From NCBI GenBank assembly GCA_004022145.1, contig RCNU01000011.1: DNA of 64,000 nucleotides, one strand, 5' to 3'. Below the pieces are notes generated by a model. It worked only from the letters and a program-made list of their open reading frames with translations, had not been told where the DNA came from and ran no database searches. The first letter of the stretch is position 1, and the number at the start of each line of letters is the position of its first letter. A program made the position numbers and the translations under genes. Source of the DNA: Paecilomyces variotii (lineage: Eukaryota). Shown here in pieces: positions 12,974 through 22,365 of the stretch.

Positions 12974-14144
12974 TATTTTCATTTTCTGTGACAGCCTCGA
13001 AAAAGTACTTGCATGGCGTTTTGTGGATATCGGTTTTCGCGAGAGCTTAATTGAGTCAGGATCGGGCAGTCCCATACCCAGTCATTGCCGACTTGATAGT
13101 GATTCAAATAGATCTGTTTCAAAAGTCCGTATACCTACAAATGGGGTTTAAAATGTGATATCCCTTGTATAATTTTAGAGATCCCTATAGACATAGACTT
13201 GCAGATGCAAGCTTCATCACCTTTTCCATCTAAACCGCGCGGAGCCAACTCGCTTCGATGTGCACCACATTTAACTAGAATGGTACGTTCAAGTTTGGAA
13301 TCGTCCAATCGAATAACTACCGCTTGGTTCTTTCTAACTTCGCCCACTCAGTACCGGTTCCACACTTCCGGTACTACACTATGTATACAGAGACAGCGCA
13401 TTCATCGATACTTGGCGGTTAATTATCCCCTCCCCTCTTAAAAGACCAACCTTCGCAAGTCAATTAACCACAAAGTCCATCTATCGCAGTCAGAGACGAG
13501 AGAGGTAAGCTCCCATGTACTCGTTCTCCTCCATCCCCCAGAGTGAGATGCTATTTTCTCACCTTGACACTTCTGTTGACTGTGTGATTATAAGAATCTT
13601 CTGTGGCTGGATAGGTATTTCTTCGAATAATATATTAACCGAGTTTGCATCTTTTTATTTAAATAATTAGGGTTAGGAAGGGTATCTCATTAAGTACTGA
13701 GAGCTGGGGCATTGGAATTAGATAACCCCTTGACAGGGGAGAGGTTGTAAGAAGGAAACAAACTATATTGCTCGACTGATTAATCGCTGAGTGGAAAGAC
13801 ATCCTGTTTCCCGGTTATGTGAGACGTGAGAGCCGATAGTATTTGTTCGCACAGTAGACTTTGCTGATGAAAGCTGTATTCGAGGGTTGGGTTGCAAGAA
13901 TCGCCGCAGTTGTGAAGTATATCTCTATTGTTGACAGAGTCGTAACTCGCAAATCGCCCACTCGAGAAATAGTCGATTGCGGAGCTTGTAACGTTACGCC
14001 TAATCCTTGTTACTATTTCTTGTAGATAGCAGAATTGACATCCTTTTCTACATCGCTCGTGTCTCATAGTGTTTATTTTTGACAGAATACTATATATCCC
14101 TAACATGCCACATTCACATATACATAATTTCATCATATATCCAT

Positions 14145-15822
14145 TCATTCAACAGCAACAAAGTCCTTCAGCGACTTCTGTAAAGCCTCCTTGTTACGTG
14201 GGATAAATCGAGCCCGATATCTTTTCGGCATGGCTACCAGCGCCGTTGGGTCATCCATTCCAGTGACTGGGTTGTAGTCAACATCGTCAAACTTGTCAAT
14301 CTTGAAAGAGTTGAGCAGACGCATGAAAATAAGGTAAAGTTCTCGGTTGGCGAGGAGGGAGCCAGCACACATCCGGTAGCCCAGTCCGTACGTGAACATG
14401 GGTGCGTCGGGGTGCTGGAGCCAACGCTCTGGTCGAAACTCGTCGGGGTCTTCCCACACTTCATCATCTGCGTACATGTCAGCGTTGTGAGGGGATTTCT
14501 GGCTGAGAAGCATAGTTACGTACCCATATTGCATGCCCAGGCATTGAGGAAAACGACCGTGCCCTTTGGAATGCGGACGCCATTGTAGACGATGTCTTTG
14601 ACAGAGGCGCGAGGAAGAGCAAGACGAAGAACAGTATAGTATCGGAGACACTCGCGAGCAAGTGCGACGATGTATTCGCATTTCTGATCATCCAGGGGAT
14701 CACAAAGAGGAGCATCATTGCCGTAGTGCTCCTTGATCGCCTTCAAGGCCCTATCTTGGATATCCGGGCGCTGCGCCAGCATTGCAATACTCCAGGCCAT
14801 CAAAGTCGTGAGAGTATCCAGTCCTCCAGATAACATAGTAAGACTTATCGAGATGAGTTCCTCCTTGTTGAGCTTAGCTTCTTTGTCTAGGATGACGTTC
14901 GCTTGGATGCAGGGCTTGTGTGTTCCGTTGGCGATGCGCTCGTCGAGTCCGTCGTTAAGGTCTTTCAGATATACATCTCGACGATTGCGCATCTCTCGTG
15001 CTTTAGCAGATCCGAAATTGAACGGGTTCAGACGAAGAAGTGGCACGTAATCCTGAAGGTTCCCCGTTGTGCTGCGGAAGCGACTAATGTGTTCCTCGAC
15101 ATGCGTGATTTCGTGGAAAAGATCATTCTTTTGAGAGTCCATCCGAATGCCCCAGTTCAGGGTAAGCGCAAGACTGAGAGAAAGGCGCTGAATCATCGGC
15201 ATGGGGTCGATAGGGACTTCACCTGCCTTTCCATAGTCAAGTAGTTCCTCGCAAAAGGTCTTGGTCTCAATGTCGAGGTGAGGGACATAGGTCTGCACTG
15301 CTGGTCTGTTCAGAGCAGAAGCAGCGCCTTTTCTCCGCCTCTTGAGAGATTCACTGTAGGGAGACGTGCCAATAGTCGTTCCAGAAGTGTTTGACACAAC
15401 CTATTTTTATCAGTTCAAGCGCTCATGTGATTCTGCATGTGCGGATTCCGTACCTTGTGGAAAGTATAGAATTCCGGCCTCGAACTCAGAGCCTGCGCGT
15501 TTTGACCGAAAATGACTCTGGCTGCCTCTGCCGTATTAACAACGACAATGGGAATATTTCCTAGCTGAATCTGATACACCCCGCCATATTTCTTCGCCCA
15601 CCTACGGTACTGCTCAGCGGCATTTGTCCGGATCTGATGCAGATTGCCAATAAGGGGCAGTCCTTTGGGGCCATTCAGATTAGGAAGGCGGGCTTTGCTG
15701 CGAACGACCTCATTTGCGATCACATAGAGGAGAGGAACCCATAAGAGTCCGATTAGACTGTATTGGATAGCATTATCGAGTAAAGTGTCTTTCACGACGA
15801 GGAAAAGGTTCACGATCGCCAT
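14145..15822 (-). CDS. phacB: Cytochrome P450 of the CYP504 family; best resembles 3-hydroxyphenylacetate 6-hydroxylase (CYP504B/PhacB); 3 exons
   Basis: Motifs ALSSRPEFYTFHK, GTTIGTSPYSESLKRRRKGAASALNRP, SGGLDT (I-helix), ECLR, PERW and heme motif FTYGLGYRMCAG. Confidence 0.8.
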
Positions 15823-16026
15823 CTTTATTAGTATCGTGGATAAACTAGGTAGAGATGCTGCATGAACGATCGGAACGAGAACGAGGAAAGGGAGAAATCT
15901 CAGGCTCTTGACAGCATCCCCAGATTACTCAGACTTCAACCGCACATTCTCTCCACAAGAAGCCTTTTATAACTGGGGTGATATAAGTGTGTTGGATATG
16001 GGGTAAGACCGAGCGCGGCACGCTGA

Positions 16027-17146
16027 ATTCCGCACTTCGTGGGGATGATCCGGGGATGTGACCGGCCAAGGCAAAGAATATGGGGAAGTCCTGTCGGGCT
16101 ATTCTATCCTGTGGTTACAAACTTTTTTTTGGTGCATTGCTGTAGGAGCGTAACTGAGTACGCTTTGCAGATGGAAGTAACGCCTATCAGCATTGTAGAA
16201 TGTCAAGTTAGGATAACAATCTTAGATCTCATGGCCGCGCGACAAATCAAACGATAACTCAGATTTATTAGGAAACATACTGCATCCTGTATGAATGTGT
16301 GTGCTTTCACTTATAGCGTTTCTTCTGCGCATAGATGTTTCTCACTGATGATATCGAGTTTCTCCTGACATGCCTCAACTGAGAATGCTCTCAGGCAGGC
16401 TTGTCAAAAATCGCATCAGCCTTACGTTCAGTACTATTCCATCAAGACTTCGAATTATTATAGCTACCACTGGTCACTTAATTCCTAGGCAAGCTCTGTG
16501 ATCAAAGTCGATACCTAAATAGATGGTATTTACCAGTTTAGGCTAGCCGAAAACGGCAGGGCGGGGTTCCGCGCGGGGGCGGAAGTGCGGCGAATTTCCG
16601 CGCGGAGTTCCCCAGCATCCCGGGGCGCTTTCTTTCCTCGATTCCGCACTTCGATGTTTGAAGAAAAGATAAATATGAAAGACACAGTAATCGCTCCATT
16701 CATTGACAGGGATACTATATCGAAAATTTATTAGAGATTTGGATTCATCTGTCTTTATGGCCAGTTGCTTCCCCACAGAAATAGGGCACAATGATGTCTA
16801 GAAAGATGCATTCAGAGGATCAATCGTAAACCAGTTTTTCAAGGAGAGAAGAAATAATAGGGGAAGAGAGTGAATTGTACTATATTGCATAGTAAGGCTA
16901 TCCTTAAATACCGGGAGCTGCCTGCTTAAGGACATATCCAGTAACCCATGTCGCAAACGCAGGATTAAATGCAGTGGTGATAAACCATGTCTGCGTTGCG
17001 AGAAATATAACCTAGATCAAAGCATCCTTGAGGGACGTCCTTCCAACGGTGTTAAGAAGGCCCTTGAAGAGCACCAGTTGCATATCGTTCGTCTAAGAAT
17101 CTTACAGGTGAATAATCCCCGGCGGCTGGTAGCCGCACTTCGTGGG
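16027..17146. promoter_or_regulatory. Four copies of a CCGCACTTC motif upstream of the CYP504 gene; candidate Zn2Cys6 binding sites
   Basis: ATTCCGCACTTCG at 16027-16039 and 16641-16653; CCGCACTTCGTGGG at 16030-16043 and 17133-17146; reverse-strand copy CGGAAGTGCGG at 16580-16590. Confidence 0.45.
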
Positions 17147-18720
17147 CCCGACAAGTTCAGTTATAACTTCAATATGGCCGATAATGAATAATGCCCTTCA
17201 GACAATGGGGATACGGCCCCACGAACCAGACGGTGAGCCGATCCAGCCATTGCCATTCCAGATCGCTGACCATCGCCGTACAGCCCCATCATGGAATATA
17301 GATCCAATCATTGTCACCTGGGATGAACGAGGCGTATAGCTGGAAGCGTACAAGGAGGAACGTTGTCTGGTCTGTCTGTTCATCCCAGTAGAGAAATCCG
17401 TCACCTAGTACCGTCCATATTCGAGAGTGCGACAACAAGTCAGCCTTCTCGAGGCCAGTGGTCAATATTGAGATGCGGATAAAGAATTCTTCTGTACACT
17501 TCGGGTACGGACGGGGCTCGCCTTGTCACCAATATGGCCAAGGATACTGATGGCTTTTGCCAGTCGACCAAAAAGGAGAACCGTTCATTTTGACATATAC
17601 CATCAGGGTACTTGTGATAGTCACATCAAGTAAGTCAATCGGTGCTGATATTATTTTACCTAGTGAACTCCTTATGAGACCTTCTCTACTGCGCATTTCG
17701 CAAGGTAAAGTCTAGTCTATACAAGAAAAAGTGGCGCGAGAATTTCGCCGAAGATCTGCCGGTGGACCATCATCATCTACGGAGCAGACAACACCGGCCA
17801 TTTTCACCAGGATTTCTCCGACGATGCTCCATGGCGATCACCAAGGGAAAAGGACGGACCAACAGTGAACAGTACTCCGTATGATGAACCGGTTATTTCT
17901 ATTATTTTATCAGCATCCCGTTTCACGTATGTTGAACAGCTCCTGTCAAGCCAGACACCGAAAGAGTCTCGGGAGGTCCCGTGGCTGCCATTTCTCCAAC
18001 TCCCGGGATCGGAAGACTGGCCTGGCCGATCTAGAAGATCCCGATGGTTTACTTCACAATACGCACAAGTTGGGCCGGATACTTTGTTCTCTGAAGGACC
18101 AAGCACGGTCCGTCTCGCGGTTCCGCAAGATGCTTCTGCTGAGGGGCAGCATTCCCCCATCTTCCAGCACGGACCGGTCGAAGGTCTGGAGAAACAAGGA
18201 TAACGGAGACAATTCGGCACAAGAACCCTTTACAAGAGCGCTATGGCACGGGACGTTAGGCCAACACAGGAGAAACTGTTACTACCGGCCATCGAGCTCG
18301 GATTCGTAACTGGTGGAGCGTCCCGAGAAGGGATCCGCCGTTGGTCGAGCTTTGACGCCGGGCATTTTGGCTCGACTGGAGTCTCCACGGGGAAGCAAAA
18401 AATCTTGTGGAGGCCCGGCATTTCTGTGGAGGACCTGGGGTTGCACGCTCGCTCAATTCGGTCAACTTCCGTCACGAACACCATGAGTTATGACAGTCAT
18501 CTTCTCCCCCATTATTATGGTTGATGGGCTTGTTTTGACGGATTGTTATGAGGAATGTACTGTACATTACCTACTCTAGAGTCTACGGCAAGCCGGGAAG
18601 ATTCCAGAAGTCTATGTGCGATGGCTTCGATTGAAGCTTTCTTGGATGCCGCCAAGATTGATCTGCACGGTTCTCTTTCACATCAGCTAACGGAAATCAA
18701 AATCCGTGAATACTGCTAAA
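16791..18720 (+). pseudogene. Decayed Zn(II)2Cys6 transcription factor gene (3' end approximate)
   Basis: ATG at 16791, in-frame TAA at 16827, intron 16892-16941, then (Y)NPCRKRRIKCSGDKPCLRCEKYNLDQ. Cys1 is Tyr and Cys6 is missing. Only fragmented ORFs follow. Confidence 0.65.
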
Positions 18721-19218
18721 TCTTCCAATACAGGCTTCGAGCCGGCGGTGTTACCACATGTGGCTGGATGGACCCTTTTCATTACACACGCGATGCCTAT
18801 CCCCGGCCCCTTGGCGGACTAGTACATAGTCTGATGCCCATCAGCCTAAAGGCGTCACTGGTATTATCTACAGACAGAGATCGTGTTAGCTGCATCCCGC
18901 ATTGCTCAGTTCCACTTGCATTCTAGTGCCGACATTATCACTGGTCGTTTACACTTCCCCGACCAGGTGATCCTCAGACCCCGCGGCACGATCGAGCGTC
19001 TTTTTCTGATCGCCCTCTTCAGAGGCACATTGCTATATTATGTGACCCCTCCCTCTGTCCGGCGCTCTGGAAGTCCGCGGCACCTGATTCTTGTTCAATT
19101 CATTTCTCCCAGTTCGACTGGACCCCAATAAATAACCTGACTTTACAATTGCCTTCCAGGCAGGATCATAGATCACCATTGGCTGGATCTATTGTTTGCG
19201 CTGTCACTTGTGCTCAGC

Positions 19219-20886
19219 ATGGCAGATCCCGCCCCCAACCCAAACAGCCTCGAAGCCCACATGGAGAGCAAAGGAAACGCCATGGAGCTGGACGATATCC
19301 ATGACCTTCCCTTGAAGGATGAAGCAGCTGTCAATGAGGCGGCCATGGACGCTGAACTCGCGCAACTGGAGCAACAGTTGCAGGGCCACAGGCGATCCAG
19401 GTTGCAGTTTGACTTCTCGCCGAGATTCTTCTCTTGGATGCTGGTGTTTTTCGCATCCATGGGAGGTCTACTCTCGGGTCTCGATCAGTCGCTCATCAGT
19501 GGTGCCAACCTATATTTGCCGAAAGATTTGCATCTCTCGGACTCGAGAGCCAGTTTGGTCAATTCTGGCATGCCGCTTGGTGCAGTTTTGGGCGCATTGA
19601 TTCTGTCGCCTGCGAATGAGTATCTCGGTCGTCGAATGGCCATTATCGTCTCCGTCATCCTCTACACAATTGGTGCAGCATTAGAGGCTGGCGCTATCGA
19701 CTTTGGCATGATATTTGCTGGCCGCTTCATTCTAGGTACCGGCGTTGGCCTTGAAGGGGGCACTGTGCCTGTCTACGTCGCAGAATGTGTGGACAGCAAA
19801 AAGCGCGGAGGCTTGGTATCTCTCTACCAGATGAACATTGCTCTGGGAGAAGTATTCGGCTATGTGGTCGCAGCCATATTTGTCAACGTGGAGGGCAATT
19901 GGCGATATATCCTCGGATCCTCTCTAGTGTTCTCAACCATACTCTTCGTCGGCATGATCTTCCTCCCTGAAAGCCCCCGATATCTGATGCACAAGGGAAA
20001 GACAGTCGAAGCCTATGGTGTCTGGAAACGCATTCGAGGCTTCTCTACCCTCGAATCCAAAGAGGAATTTCTCGGCATGATCCAGGCTGTCGGCTCTGAG
20101 AACCAACAACACGTGACCAAGAACAGATATGCCTGGATGGACTTCTTTACTGAACCTCGCGCACGAAGAGCTATTATTTATGCGAATCTGATGACCTCAA
20201 TCGGCCAACTCACGGGCATAAATGCAGTTATGTATTATATGAGTGTTCTGATGTCGAAGATCGGATTCAGTGACAAAGACTCCGTCTTCATGTCTCTAGT
20301 TGGTGGAGGGGCCCTACTATTGGGAACTATCCCGGCTGTCCTATTTATGGACAGTCCGAGATTCGGAAGACGCTACTGGGCCAACCTTATGCTTCCAGGG
20401 TTCTTCATTGGTCTGGTCCTTGTCGGCGTTGGCTACCAGATTCCCATCGAAACACACCCTGCGGCAGCTGAAGGCATTTACTTAACTGGACTGATCCTGT
20501 ACATGGGCTTCTTTGGCTGCTACGCATGTCTCACATGGGTCATTCCGGCAGAGGTATTTCCAACATATCTACGCAGTTATGGCATGACCACTTGCGATGC
20601 CAACTTGTTTCTCTGTTCGTTCATCGTGACATATAACTTCACGGCCATGATGAACTCGATGACGCGGATTGGTCTCACGCTTGGCTTTTACGGAGGTATT
20701 GCTGTGCTTGCCTGGTTCTATCAGATCCTCTTCATGCCAGAAACCAAGAACAAGACCCTTGAGGAGATCGACGAACTCTTCTCGAAGCCTACATCTGTGA
20801 TTGTGAAGCAGAACATCAAAGGGACTGTGGAGGTGATGAGAGACCTTGCGGCATTTCGCTGGAAGAGAGTCTTCTTGCCTTCCTAA
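19219..20886 (+). CDS. MFS sugar porter, fructose/H+ symporter Fsy1/Frt1-like
   Basis: Intronless, with multiple hydrophobic segments. Motifs FASMGGLLSGLDQSLISGA, LGRRMAI, VPVYVAEC..KRGGLVSLYQ, PESPRYL, QLTGINAVMYY and PETKNKTLEEID. Confidence 0.85.
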   Translation: MADPAPNPNSLEAHMESKGNAMELDDIHDLPLKDEAAVNEAAMDAELAQLEQQLQGHRRSRLQFDFSPRFFSWMLVFFASMGGLLSGLDQSLISGANLYLPKDLHLSDSRASLVNSGMPLGAVLGALILSPANEYLGRRMAIIVSVILYTIGAALEAGAIDFGMIFAGRFILGTGVGLEGGTVPVYVAECVDSKKRGGLVSLYQMNIALGEVFGYVVAAIFVNVEGNWRYILGSSLVFSTILFVGMIFLPESPRYLMHKGKTVEAYGVWKRIRGFSTLESKEEFLGMIQAVGSENQQHVTKNRYAWMDFFTEPRARRAIIYANLMTSIGQLTGINAVMYYMSVLMSKIGFSDKDSVFMSLVGGGALLLGTIPAVLFMDSPRFGRRYWANLMLPGFFIGLVLVGVGYQIPIETHPAAAEGIYLTGLILYMGFFGCYACLTWVIPAEVFPTYLRSYGMTTCDANLFLCSFIVTYNFTAMMNSMTRIGLTLGFYGGIAVLAWFYQILFMPETKNKTLEEIDELFSKPTSVIVKQNIKGTVEVMRDLAAFRWKRVFLPS

Positions 20887-21530
20887 GCAGATACGAAACA
20901 TTTTACGTTCTCATGTTTGGTGAATTGTTCTAGCTCCTCTCAACCCCAAACATGTCCTGGCCATGGGCAATACTCACGGTTATCATGAGATATTGAAACA
21001 GCTCAATATTTATCGATGTGTTAGATAATTACGAAGGAATGTAAATCATGAATCGGAATTGTTATGAGTCATCACAAAACTAGAGAAGCTCATCAGCGCT
21101 ACCACGACCCAGGAGGGCCTCAGCATATCAAGCAAATATATGACGTACTCTGCGCTCTCCAATTGTAGAAATGCTTCTTGCGCTTGGGGATGTCCGGTGC
21201 GTTTGTTTTCTTTCCCGAAATCAGTGAGGCTATTCTACTATTCTCGATGTTCAAGCGTTTAGGCTATGTATACACAGAATTTCGAAATAGAACTAATTGT
21301 TAAATGATATTGATGAATTTGTTTGCTATAGTAGATATGTCTCCTTCTAACAGTTAATATCTTAATTAGGTATAGTGTCAGTCGTATAGATCTTGTGACT
21401 TCTTGTATCGGCGCACCCCCCGTTCGTATCAGGTCCCTGACATGATAGAATCCGCGAGATCCTCTCTGGATCTGGATTCATTGTCTCATTAAGAGGTAAA
21501 TATGAAGGTCAACTGCCTCTACCTAGATAC

Positions 21531-21557
21531 AGAGTCCAGCTAGCAACTTACCAGGAC
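21531..21557 (+). repeat. Left copy of a degenerate 27-bp direct repeat flanking the Spok-like gene
   Basis: AGAGTCCAGCTAGCAACTTACCAGGAC; 24/27 identical to 25219-25245. Confidence 0.6.
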
Positions 21558-22365
21558 GATGGTTGAGGTTTGAAAAGATCGTTATAGAAAGACGGTGACT
21601 GCTGGTGAGGATTCGAGCAGCGATCATGGTGGGAGAGCTGTGGCCAGAGTCAGGCGGTGTTCAGGGCTGCAGGAGGTGGTCCTGAAGACACTCCCGGAGT
21701 ACGGCAATCTCATGGTATCCGGGGTCCGCTCGAGTATAGAAGGACCTGAACCGACAGATGATGCTCTGTGAGATCAAACGCAGCTCACCACTTCTTCACA
21801 ATCCTCTCCAGAGACTGGATTGTCTCGCGGGGACCTCCACAGCACATGTCACTCCTCAAAATTGAAAAGACAGAAGGGCCAACGACTACGACTACGAGAC
21901 GCTAGATCGAAAGGATGCTTTCGGGATCTACGTGGAATCTGAATCCAAATACTCTATCTAGTGGCTCTCTCGCAACCAACCTAAAACAGACCGAGTGTCT
22001 ATCGCCTGCCGTCGCCACCAACCCACCATACCATGAACAATCCTGGTCATGCAAGGCTCTGCGTTGAACCGCCCTTCGCGCAATAATTATGAATCGGCGC
22101 TGCTCTCTATCACGCGCTCCGCTGCTAACTTGGTCGCACAGTAACAATCTCTAGGCAGCCGATAGTTAACAGGTATCGAGTCGTCTTATCTGTGACTAAG
22201 GGGCTCACCCGCACTTGTTGCGCTCGTACCTTCACCCGCGCTTGAAAATATTTAAACAACATACCTATCCTTTGAATAGTCCGCTCATGAAAGATTTCAC
22301 CACTTCCCTCTTATGGGCTGAGTGCAGCATGCTTTTGCAATTCCTCACCATCCGCCGCAATCCTG

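Noticed and set aside
12260-13151. Long antisense and alternate-frame ORFs over MAK16 (similar ones over PRX1, UAP1, RPS24, IES4)
   Set aside because: Shadow ORFs caused by codon bias of the real genes; no protein motifs.
13667-13677. TTAGGGTTAGG, a telomere-like repeat or possible telomerase RNA template on the minus strand
   Set aside because: Under two repeat units, so plausible by chance. The 1.1-kb gap between convergent genes looks too short for a filamentous-fungal telomerase RNA, and I saw no supporting structure.
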